Positions 1 to 9,154 of a DNA stretch of 64,000 nucleotides are shown here, piece after piece. The notes under the pieces were generated by a model. It saw only the letters and a list, made by a program, of their open reading frames with translations. It ran no database searches and was not told the DNA's origin. A program made the translations under genes and the position numbers. Position 1 is the first letter of the stretch. Every line of letters begins with the position of its first letter. Origin of the DNA: an uncultured Thermoprotei archaeon (lineage in GTDB: Archaea; Thermoproteota; Thermoprotei; Thermofilales; B15-G2); the NCBI GenBank assembly GCA_965367815.1, contig CBDUKN010000004.1, positions 64,001-128,000 of the forward strand, in the 5' to 3' direction.

Positions 1-48
1 AAGAAAAGGAGAAAGTTCTTAAGGGAGATTGGATATAAGCTAGGCTGA

Positions 49-399
49 ATGTGCAACATTAGCGGTTGTAAAAAGCCAGGAGACATAGTAGTAGAATTAG
101 AGGGCAAACACTATGTACTTTGTCAAGAGCATTTTGAAGAATTAAGTGATATTCTTTACGCTATAGCTCTGAAAAAAGGTGAAGCCGATCTTTCTCACAT
201 TAAATTTTCGAAAGCAAGAATTAAAGTGAAAATAGAGCCTGTTGAGAAAGTAGACTTAGGGTCTTTAAAGCAACTAGAGGTCAGAGTCTACGAGTACCTA
301 GGAGTATCTAAAGAAGAGTTAGGAGAAGTTCCTCAAGAGAAAAAGAAGAAAAGAAAACGTAAAAGAAAGCGAAAGAGGTCAACAAAGAAGACGAAGTAG
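49..399 (+). CDS. Hypothetical protein with N-terminal Cys/His Zn-binding-like motif and polybasic C-terminal tail
   Basis: CxxxGC...LCxxH at the N-terminus; tail EKKKKRKRKRKRKRSTKKTK. Confidence 0.65.
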   Translation: MCNISGCKKPGDIVVELEGKHYVLCQEHFEELSDILYAIALKKGEADLSHIKFSKARIKVKIEPVEKVDLGSLKQLEVRVYEYLGVSKEELGEVPQEKKKKRKRKRKRKRSTKKTK

Positions 400-1023
400 T
401 TTAGTCAAAGGAAGCAATTTTTCTGAGAAAATAGCAATATCAGCTGAAATCAAAACATCGATCGACTTAGGATTAAATGCTATAGAAAAACCAGATTTCT
501 TCATCATAGGAATGTCTACTTCGCTATCACCGATAGAAATAACTTCACTCGGATCAATTCTCAATTCCTTACAAGCCTTCGTCAGTACTTCGCCTTTATT
601 ATAGTACTCCACAAACACTTCAACATCTCCTGAAACGACACCATTCTTAAAAATGAGTTTATTAGCATATGATGAGTCAAATCTTATTCCGGAACGCTTC
701 TCGATCTCTTTTATAACAATATCAAGTCCGGCTGATATAGCTATTAACTTCACTCCTCTCTGTTTAAGTTCACGTAAAAGATCTACAGCATACTCTCTTA
801 AAGGAATTTCACTTAAACATGCATCAATATCCTTAACACTAATACCTTTCCATAACGATGCGTCTAAAATAGCCCATTCCTCATAAGAAATTTTGCCAGC
901 CCTAAATAATTCAGCATTTTTCTTAGCGTTTTCCAGCGTATTGAATTTAATATGAAGATATCTCCAAATACTATCTATCTTTGTAAGAACACCGTCAACA
1001 TCAAAGCAGACAGCTTTAAACAC
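379..1023 (-). CDS. HAD-IB phosphoserine phosphatase-like hydrolase
   Basis: FDVDGVLT (motif I), ISAG, GDSEVD; start moved to the GTG at 1023, downstream of SD GGAGGTGA. Confidence 0.85.
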   Translation of the reverse strand: MFKAVCFDVDGVLTKIDSIWRYLHIKFNTLENAKKNAELFRAGKISYEEWAILDASLWKGISVKDIDACLSEIPLREYAVDLLRELKQRGVKLIAISAGLDIVIKEIEKRSGIRFDSSYANKLIFKNGVVSGDVEVFVEYYNKGEVLTKACKELRIDPSEVISIGDSEVDIPMMKKSGFSIAFNPKSIDVLISADIAIFSEKLLPLTKLLRLLC

Positions 1024-1083
1024 GCTTTCACCTCCCTTAGAACAGCATCTTCCAGTCATGTGGTTCCAAAAATTCGGAAGGGC

Positions 1084-1130
1084 ATACCCTTATATACCCT
1101 CCTACCCTTTAACCCCCAGCTCTCAGGTGA
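1084..1130 (+). promoter_or_regulatory. Putative TATA box and Shine-Dalgarno of the large surface protein gene
   Basis: TTATATA at about 1090-1096 within repeated (AT)ACCCT units; AGGTGA 8 nt before ATG 1139. Confidence 0.5.
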
Positions 1131-1138
1131 GATAGAGT

Positions 1139-4100
1139 ATGAGTAGGCATATGAATAAAATATTAGTTACTGCCCTACTAGCTGCCCTCCTAGTAGCCCC
1201 CTTAATAGCCTACGTACCAAAAGCTCAGGCCCAGCCCTATGAATGGAAAGCCATCTATATCAAATTAGTAGACCAGCTAGGTAATCCAATTAGATGTGCA
1301 GAAGTAATAGTAATTTTATGGAATGCCTCAGTAAACCACGGAGCCTGGGACAGCACAAATAAGACAGAATGTCTACTATTATTCACTAGAACAAGTACCG
1401 ATGCTAACGGTACGCTAACTTTAAAACTTAATCTACCAGATAGTGCTCTAAGAAGTGATTCGGCCGGTCTCTATAACTTCACAATAATACTAGTAAAAGA
1501 TATCGGAGGAACAACATACTACTTCTTATTAAACTGGACCTATGACTCCTATCCCGATGGAGTACCAGCAAGCGTTCTTACAAGCTACTTCAATACCTCA
1601 GCAAACATACCGGGCATAATTACATGCTATCATTACTGGAACTTTAACTTCACAGTACTAGACAACTGTACACCAGATCACATTCCACTATACTATGAAG
1701 ATCCTAATACAGGAAAAGTAGACAAAGCCCTAGTAAAAGTATACTTCCCAGACAAAGACGGAACTAAAGTATTTGAAGAATATATCGACTCTAATGGCTA
1801 CACACCATACTTCAACTTCTCTGACACAAGAGTCGAGCTAGCCGCAGACCAGTGCCACATAAAGAACCTATATAACGTAACACTGTACAAAGAAGTATAC
1901 TGGAGCTGGGGCAACATTCTAGTAACAAAAGATTCTCTACAGTTTGTATCATACGTAGCCAATAGTAGCTGGCCATTAGGATGGGAGCCTTTCAGACATG
2001 ATTCAGTCATAACAGTAGGCACTGCACCATGGTATAACGTAACTACATACCTAGGACCAAACCTCTACGTAAATGACTTAATACTCACAGAAGATTTCAA
2101 CCCGACGACAACTCTACCATCAAATACAAATGACGTAAACATGACAGTAAGGCTAGACAGCGACCTAACAGTAGTTGATTACGCTTACACAGCAATGCTC
2201 AACTTTACTTTAACAGATGCGTGTGAAAATCCAATAGCTGGAACAACACTGATTAAGGTAGCTCTTGAATATGGAGACACTGTAGTGAGAGAAGCTCAGA
2301 CAACAAACGACACCGTACCATTACCAAACTATGGATACGAGTACCCATCTGGTTCAGGAAACTGGTATCTATGGGTTCCTGACGTTGAAACAGTATACGG
2401 CGGTAAGTACACACTCAAAGTAGTAGCAGAAAATGTCGGAGGTGGAGTGAGAATACCAATATTCGTAGACTACATATCTTACCCAACAAACTGCTCTAAG
2501 ATAGGTTATACACTGGGCATAAAGACAAGCCTAGTACCAATATCTATAAAGGTAGTAGATTCTGAGGAACCCGCACAGCCTCTAGTAAATGATCCATTTG
2601 GTGGAATAGAAGTGAAGATAGTAGTTAAAGGACCTTGGGGCGAGCTAGAAACAACCACAGCAGACTATGCTGGTTACAGAGGTTATGTCCTATTACCGCC
2701 TGCAAAACCCTTACCTACACCAGCACCTTGGTCAGCACTATATCCATATGGATACGTAGTAGTACCATATGGTGCATCTTCAGCTACATACGAAATTAAA
2801 GTATACTTCAAGGCAACTCATGGAGCCGAGTTCGTTGATGTAACTGATCCAAATAACTCAACAATAAAGGTTACAATAGACGATTGTCATAAAAACTATA
2901 TAGTAATAGCCAAAGTATATCAAGCAAAGATTAAGTTGTTAAGCCTCTGTGATGAGCCACTATCGTCAAAAGACTACCCAGATGCTAAAGTAGAAATATA
3001 CACTGAAGATGGTCTAAAGATAGCTGAAGTGCACTCAATACCAGAAGATGGAACAGTATTCATACCTAAGCTACCAGCAGGCGTATATAAGCTCAAGCTC
3101 TACTGGAAGTGCAGAGAACTAGAACCAACAGACGGAAAAGTACTAAATGTGACTGACAACATAAGAATAGCTGAAACATTCACATTCCCGGTAAGAAATC
3201 TTGCATTCCAGCTACTTTCATGGAACCCAGTACCAGGTAAAGAAGGAGTAACAGACGAAACTATAGGACTAATCGACGGCTATCAGGCAATAAGCGGACT
3301 AAACGCTACAATAATTTATGGCTGCGACTATAATGAGCCATGGCAGATAAGCAACTGTACAGGATGGGTAGAATTCAAGAAAGTACCAGTTGGATTAAAT
3401 GTAACACTAGTAGTTTACACGAACCAGACACCATTTACAAGACGCGAAGGCAAATTCGACGACAATATACTAGTATACGAGAAAAACATAACAGTACCAG
3501 TAGAGCCATGCACATACATTGAGAAAGTACACGTATGGATCTACAGCTTCTACATGCAGGCAGAGACATGTGAAGGAGAAGTACTAAAGAGCTTCAAGGT
3601 GAACGGAACAGCTTGGTACAACGTAACAGTAGTAATATGTGACACAACTTGGCAGAAAGAACCACCATACTGTGTAGAGCCAACACTACCATCCTGCCCA
3701 ACATGTGCACCACAGGCAGGTGAAATAACAGTAGACTTCAGAATAATGAACGTAAGCTATGCAAAGCCGTACCTACAGAGGGTAGGACTACCAGCAGATA
3801 TTGCTACAACTGAGCCAGAGGCCAAGTTCCTAATAACCTCAGCACAGTGGGATCCAGCTCATCCACACCTATTCGTAGCAGGAGCACGCTACACAGTCAA
3901 AGTATTCTACGGAGGAACCCTCGTATACAACTACACATTCAAGCTACCAAGACCAGACAAGGACGTAACATACATCTTCAACGAAACATACAGACTAATA
4001 CCATCCCTTGTAAACACAGCTGAATGGGACGAGTATCCAGACGGAGCAATCAAGGTAGTAGAAGAATATGACTATGAGGACGACTACAACTGGCTATATC

Positions 4101-6568
4101 ACCCAATACTCACAGTAAAAGGAGTAGAAGTAGGCGAGTATCCTGTCATCGAGCTCAGAACATGGGTAATACCACTGAGAGTCTGGACTTGGACAAAGTC
4201 CTACGCTCTAGAAGCTTGTGGAATAACACCAGACCATGAACCTTACTTAATACCCGGACTAAGAATCTACTTAAACTACAGTAGAGTACTAAACAACACA
4301 TTCACAGTAGACTACACACTATACAGCGCGATATGCGATGATGCAGAAACAGGATGGACTGAAGCGATATATAACGTATCAGCTACCGATGTAGACTTAA
4401 ATGGCTATGTAACATTCAATGTACCAGTATGGGTACCGAGAACAGCTGCAGCCAAACACTTCAACGGAATATCCTTCGGCAACAAGATAACTGGAGTACG
4501 GGTATATGCTGTAGGCGGAATAACGCCAGGTATACCGGGTGACAAAGAAGAAGTAGGACCGATTAACGAGTACTATGACTGCGACAACGAGGAATGGGTA
4601 CACTGGAACGACACTAAGGTAATTAACCCAGTTTATTACTTCCCGCCATGGAACGTAAGCGCAATTAACGAAGAGTGTATAACAATAACTGTCGTAGAGA
4701 AGGTGGGCGAAGAGTATGTATGCACAGAAACAGGCTACGAGACAGTACCAAAGTATGAAGAAGTAGAGCACATATTATGCGCTGGTCCAACATGGTGCGG
4801 TGTCGAGAAGAATGTGTCAACATCTTGTCTAGAGTGCTTCGCGGTACAAATTTATGGTTACGACGTCTGCGGTGAGGAAACACCAATAGCTTATCAGAAA
4901 GTAACAGTTGAAGTAAACACTGGTGAAGCTACACTCACAGTAGCCTCTGGTACAAAGAAGACAACTGACCCAATTAAGTTCGAGCCAACAACAGTTGAAG
5001 TATCAACACCATTCGGTACAGTCAAGAAGATAGTTGAAGGAGAGACACTGCCAGTATTCGCTTACATAGGCAAAGTCTACACAATCAAAGCGACTCACGA
5101 CATTGCAGCCAAGCTCAAAGACCTAGGATATTCACCAGACCTAGCAGACAAGTTCTGCCCAGAAGTATACTTAAGCACAACAATCGAGTTCACAAATGAC
5201 CACAATTGCGGTAAGACACCGATAGAATACGGCTGGAAGGCAATACTAATAGACCTCAAGGACATAGCTAACGTCAAGCCACTATCAAATATGGCAGTTG
5301 TTGCAGTCAAAGTAGGCACAAATGCTCCAGCAATATTCGACATTACTGACAAAGATGGTAAAGCAGTACTGTTAGTAGATGAAGGAACATACATAGTGCA
5401 AGTATACTGGAAAGACACACTATTCATCGAGACACCAATAAAGATATTCGACAGCTTCACAGACCAGCCGAATGCTTTCATAAACGGAGTAGTCGACATG
5501 AAGAGCGAAGGACCAGTAACAACAAAGACCATTGAAGCATACGTCTATGCACTAAGACTAAGACTAGTAAAGGCTGACGGAAAGACACCACTCAAGAAAG
5601 ATAATATATGGGTAGTAGTAGAGTGGCCAGATGGAACAAAGACAATACACGACTTCTGTGGAAAGTGTATAGCAGGCATTGCAGAGAACAAGGACACTAG
5701 ACTCGAACTAACAAGCAAGCTAACTCTAGAAGACAACCCAGAGTCCTGTTCAAGAGTACCTATCGGTACATACAAGGTAACTGTATACTACATTGCATCT
5801 GCTAAAGAAGGAGAGTACGCAAAAGCTAAAGAAGCAATAGAGGCCGGTAAAGTAGTCGTAATAGGAAGTGACACAGTAACTGTTGAAAAGATGAGACTTG
5901 GTACAGCGTCGAAAGTAGTAGACATTAAGTGTGATGTATACGACTTTACAGTAACAGTAGTGACACCATGGGGTACACCACTAGCAGGTGCTAAAGTCAA
6001 AGTAGAAGTACCTGCAACAGGTGAAACAATCGAAGGAACACTAGACGAAACAGGATCAATAACTCTAACAGACATTGCTAAAGGAGAAGTAAAAATCACA
6101 GTAACTGAGTGGAAGAATGTTGCAGTAAACTGGGAGACAACAGTAATTTACACTGCACCTAAAGTAGTATGTAGCAATATCGGAAAACTTGTAATCAAGA
6201 CTGTTGGTGCTCGTGGACAGCCACTAGATGCTGCTGTAGCAATCAAAGGAGTAACAACAGCTACTGCTAAGGAAGGAGTACTAGAAGTAGAGCTACCAGC
6301 AGGTAGCTATGAAGTAACAGTAGAGTACGGAGGAAAGAAGGTTACTGAAACACTCACAGTAGAGGCTGGCAAGGTAACTGAGAAGACATTCCAGCTAGAC
6401 ATCTTCATACAGCTAGCAGGATGGCCAATGACATTACCAGAGTTCTTCGGCTTCATACTGCTCATTGTCTTCATCATCATTGCACTGTTCTTATTAATGC
6501 ACGAGTACAGCGTCTGGAGAAGAAAGCGCCTAGCTAAAGCACTAGTACAAGCAAAACCAGCAAAATAA
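1139..6568 (+). CDS. Large secreted, C-terminally anchored surface glycoprotein (S-layer-like; tandem Ig/carboxypeptidase-regulatory-like beta domains)
   Basis: Signal peptide ending AQA; repeated beta modules (D..G.PI..A.V...TD.NG); many NxS/T sequons and Cys; C-terminal TM then WRRKR; strong A/C-ending codon bias. Confidence 0.8.
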   Translation: MSRHMNKILVTALLAALLVAPLIAYVPKAQAQPYEWKAIYIKLVDQLGNPIRCAEVIVILWNASVNHGAWDSTNKTECLLLFTRTSTDANGTLTLKLNLPDSALRSDSAGLYNFTIILVKDIGGTTYYFLLNWTYDSYPDGVPASVLTSYFNTSANIPGIITCYHYWNFNFTVLDNCTPDHIPLYYEDPNTGKVDKALVKVYFPDKDGTKVFEEYIDSNGYTPYFNFSDTRVELAADQCHIKNLYNVTLYKEVYWSWGNILVTKDSLQFVSYVANSSWPLGWEPFRHDSVITVGTAPWYNVTTYLGPNLYVNDLILTEDFNPTTTLPSNTNDVNMTVRLDSDLTVVDYAYTAMLNFTLTDACENPIAGTTLIKVALEYGDTVVREAQTTNDTVPLPNYGYEYPSGSGNWYLWVPDVETVYGGKYTLKVVAENVGGGVRIPIFVDYISYPTNCSKIGYTLGIKTSLVPISIKVVDSEEPAQPLVNDPFGGIEVKIVVKGPWGELETTTADYAGYRGYVLLPPAKPLPTPAPWSALYPYGYVVVPYGASSATYEIKVYFKATHGAEFVDVTDPNNSTIKVTIDDCHKNYIVIAKVYQAKIKLLSLCDEPLSSKDYPDAKVEIYTEDGLKIAEVHSIPEDGTVFIPKLPAGVYKLKLYWKCRELEPTDGKVLNVTDNIRIAETFTFPVRNLAFQLLSWNPVPGKEGVTDETIGLIDGYQAISGLNATIIYGCDYNEPWQISNCTGWVEFKKVPVGLNVTLVVYTNQTPFTRREGKFDDNILVYEKNITVPVEPCTYIEKVHVWIYSFYMQAETCEGEVLKSFKVNGTAWYNVTVVICDTTWQKEPPYCVEPTLPSCPTCAPQAGEITVDFRIMNVSYAKPYLQRVGLPADIATTEPEAKFLITSAQWDPAHPHLFVAGARYTVKVFYGGTLVYNYTFKLPRPDKDVTYIFNETYRLIPSLVNTAEWDEYPDGAIKVVEEYDYEDDYNWLYHPILTVKGVEVGEYPVIELRTWVIPLRVWTWTKSYALEACGITPDHEPYLIPGLRIYLNYSRVLNNTFTVDYTLYSAICDDAETGWTEAIYNVSATDVDLNGYVTFNVPVWVPRTAAAKHFNGISFGNKITGVRVYAVGGITPGIPGDKEEVGPINEYYDCDNEEWVHWNDTKVINPVYYFPPWNVSAINEECITITVVEKVGEEYVCTETGYETVPKYEEVEHILCAGPTWCGVEKNVSTSCLECFAVQIYGYDVCGEETPIAYQKVTVEVNTGEATLTVASGTKKTTDPIKFEPTTVEVSTPFGTVKKIVEGETLPVFAYIGKVYTIKATHDIAAKLKDLGYSPDLADKFCPEVYLSTTIEFTNDHNCGKTPIEYGWKAILIDLKDIANVKPLSNMAVVAVKVGTNAPAIFDITDKDGKAVLLVDEGTYIVQVYWKDTLFIETPIKIFDSFTDQPNAFINGVVDMKSEGPVTTKTIEAYVYALRLRLVKADGKTPLKKDNIWVVVEWPDGTKTIHDFCGKCIAGIAENKDTRLELTSKLTLEDNPESCSRVPIGTYKVTVYYIASAKEGEYAKAKEAIEAGKVVVIGSDTVTVEKMRLGTASKVVDIKCDVYDFTVTVVTPWGTPLAGAKVKVEVPATGETIEGTLDETGSITLTDIAKGEVKITVTEWKNVAVNWETTVIYTAPKVVCSNIGKLVIKTVGARGQPLDAAVAIKGVTTATAKEGVLEVELPAGSYEVTVEYGGKKVTETLTVEAGKVTEKTFQLDIFIQLAGWPMTLPEFFGFILLIVFIIIALFLLMHEYSVWRRKRLAKALVQAKPAK

Positions 6569-6602
6569 AGAAAACAAATAATAGTTAAATAAATATAATT
6601 AA

Positions 6603-6640
6603 ATTTTTGTCTTTCTTTACCTCTTCTCTCTAATTTTTCT
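6603..6640 (+). terminator. Probable archaeal pyrimidine/T-rich terminator
   Basis: TTTTTGTCTTTCTTT and TTTTTCT tracts just after the surface protein gene. Confidence 0.4.
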
Positions 6641-6674
6641 AGTAAAGTATATTAGGTGGCTCTCTAAGTGACAC

Positions 6675-9152
6675 TTGTATATGAGAAATCCGTGGATATA
6701 TAGTACTATAATTATTCTTTTCGTATTGCTTTCATGTATAAGTGCGTTTGAAGTAAACGTAAACTATGTGATTAGAGTGAGTCTTGTGGGAGAATATGTA
6801 AAGGCTTTATGTATTGACGGTATGTTATATCTAGTAACGAAGTACAATAATTCGTTTTATATGTTTGTTTTCAAGGGGGACAGCATCATTCGTGTCACTA
6901 AGCTAGATTCAGGGATTGTTGCTTACTGTCCTTATTTAAATACTCTAGCTACCTTTAATACTAGTGAAGGAAGCATAGTATTCAGGAGATTAACTTCTCT
7001 TGAAGAAAACAGTGTATTTTATTTAAATAAAAGTAATGTACATGACATTAATTTTGTAGACGACTTTTTAATAGTAACTGGCAATAGGTTTCTTCAAGTT
7101 TATTCACTAAAAACTCGTAAAAAGATCTGGGAAATATTTTTGCCTGTTATTTATAAATATGAAGCTTCTCCAGATAAAAAATACTTAGTTATTTACGCTA
7201 GTGACACTGAATGTGTAACATGTAGAGAATCCGAGGACTTTATAGAAGTGTGGAGTCTTGCTAACGGTACAGTAATTTGTCCTCGAAAAAACCTGAGGTT
7301 CGGTAGAAGTTGGTTTAAAATAGTAGAACAAGGTATTTTAGTCAGTATTGAGCAGACTTATGTTTATAATCAGAAAATTCTTCTATTAAACTATACTGGC
7401 GGAGAAATATGGTCGAAGCCTAAGAAAAGAATCGAGCATCTTTATGACGTCATAAGTAATTCAGAGTATATTGTTTTATCTAAAAGTGTAGGTAAAAATA
7501 GTAGTATTGAAATACTAAATGCGTCTAACGGAGAAACTCTGCGTACAGTTTTCTGGATTAATGAGGCTCCCTTTAAACTTCTCTTATTTAATAACACAGC
7601 GTTTCTAGCCTGCAATAATAGAGGCATATACCTCTACAATTTCGACGGAAAAATATTCTGGAACTATACGTTTGGTGAAGAAGAGCCTGTATATAAGTTG
7701 CTTAAAGTAGAATCCAATATAATTGTAGTTAAGCCGAAATACATTTACATAATTGCTTTAAGTAATTTTAGCGGTAAAAACGTTTTTAGAGAAAAATATA
7801 CTCTGCTAATTAAACTCAATAAGAAGAGCAATATAGATATTTTGAAAAATAACTCGTTACTGAAGAGAATCTACTCTACTCGGTATACAGCAATAGTTCT
7901 TTCGCCTAGTAAGTACATTGTGAATATAACTAGGGCAGGCTATACTAAAAGTATATACGTGAATATTACTTCACATAGCGTAGTATTAGATTTAACAAAA
8001 AAGGAGTATTTTAAAGAAAATACTACGAGTAAAAATGAAGTCGACATTGATTACTTAGTTGATTTATTAAAGAAAAATACTGAAAAGCATATAAAGTTAG
8101 ACAAGTATGAGGAATCCTATGTTTTAAAAGATATTTATGGTAAGCATGTTACAATAGATTCTTCAAAAAAGATAGTATTACTTTATTTCTTCTACATAGG
8201 GTGTACTGGATGTGAAAAAGCTTTGCCTTGGCTCAAAAATATAACAAAATACAGTAACTTAATGATAGTATGCGTAGATACTAGACCGAATATCGATACT
8301 TATGATAGGCTAGTAGACTATGCTTTAGGGCACGGAATGCCTTCTACTTGGCATATTATACTGGACTATAGCAACGAGCTTGTGAAAAAGTATAATGTAG
8401 TAGTTGCACCGACAATTGTTCTGCTGCATAGCAATAAGGCGTTATATAAGTTTGAAGGATATGCTGAAAAAAAGGAGGAGTATGAAATCAACATATTTTT
8501 CTACTTAGATAAATTTATCAAAGATTCCACATATTTCTTTAAAGATCTTGGAGTGGAAGGAGTACTAGTTGTTGCTTTACTTTTAGTAGCTGTGCTTACT
8601 GTATTTAAAGCATCTAATTCTAATATTTTGCGTGAAATAAAAGAGCATCCAGAGTTTTGGAGAAAGAACTTTTTCTTGCCTCTAACTTTAAGTCTGACAG
8701 CATATATAGTAGGTATACAGGTGATAGGTATTTTAACTTATTATGATAAAAAGATATGTATTATTCTGTGTAAGAATTTATATATTCTTGCTAGAAATAT
8801 TTTAAAGCTTGCAGAGCTTCAGGCTCTTATACAAGAAACAGGAATTGTTATTGAAGGAGTATTTATACCTTTTTCGGAATCACTTTTCTTTATACCTTTA
8901 TTCATTGCTGTTATTGTATTATTTTTAACTACTTCATGTATTAAAATTGGAGATAGAATAATACTGACTATACTGTCATGTATTGCTGTTACATTGGCCG
9001 AAGCTACGAGGATAATATTGATTGGTGTTATTGGGAAAGAGTACGCAGATATTAGAGTTTTCTTGGACTATATGAAGAGTCTGTATGTGCTTTTTGTAAT
9101 TATTTGCTGGAGTCTTTATATAAAGAGATACGCGTGTGAAGAAGAGGAGTGA
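6675..9152 (+). CDS. Secreted PQQ-like beta-propeller + TlpA-like thioredoxin domain + C-terminal multi-TM exosortase/archaeosortase-like domain
   Basis: Signal peptide; propeller repeats (NGTVIC, GGEIWS, DGKIFW); CVTC; FFYIGCTGC and VVVAPT (cis-Pro); TM region with AEATRI. Confidence 0.7.
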   Translation: MYMRNPWIYSTIIILFVLLSCISAFEVNVNYVIRVSLVGEYVKALCIDGMLYLVTKYNNSFYMFVFKGDSIIRVTKLDSGIVAYCPYLNTLATFNTSEGSIVFRRLTSLEENSVFYLNKSNVHDINFVDDFLIVTGNRFLQVYSLKTRKKIWEIFLPVIYKYEASPDKKYLVIYASDTECVTCRESEDFIEVWSLANGTVICPRKNLRFGRSWFKIVEQGILVSIEQTYVYNQKILLLNYTGGEIWSKPKKRIEHLYDVISNSEYIVLSKSVGKNSSIEILNASNGETLRTVFWINEAPFKLLLFNNTAFLACNNRGIYLYNFDGKIFWNYTFGEEEPVYKLLKVESNIIVVKPKYIYIIALSNFSGKNVFREKYTLLIKLNKKSNIDILKNNSLLKRIYSTRYTAIVLSPSKYIVNITRAGYTKSIYVNITSHSVVLDLTKKEYFKENTTSKNEVDIDYLVDLLKKNTEKHIKLDKYEESYVLKDIYGKHVTIDSSKKIVLLYFFYIGCTGCEKALPWLKNITKYSNLMIVCVDTRPNIDTYDRLVDYALGHGMPSTWHIILDYSNELVKKYNVVVAPTIVLLHSNKALYKFEGYAEKKEEYEINIFFYLDKFIKDSTYFFKDLGVEGVLVVALLLVAVLTVFKASNSNILREIKEHPEFWRKNFFLPLTLSLTAYIVGIQVIGILTYYDKKICIILCKNLYILARNILKLAELQALIQETGIVIEGVFIPFSESLFFIPLFIAVIVLFLTTSCIKIGDRIILTILSCIAVTLAEATRIILIGVIGKEYADIRVFLDYMKSLYVLFVIICWSLYIKRYACEEEE

Positions 9153-9154
9153 AG

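Noticed and set aside
1798-6099. Several antisense and alternative-frame ORFs inside the surface protein gene
   Set aside because: Shadow ORFs from strong codon bias; no motifs. The same applies to most short nested ORFs in the track.
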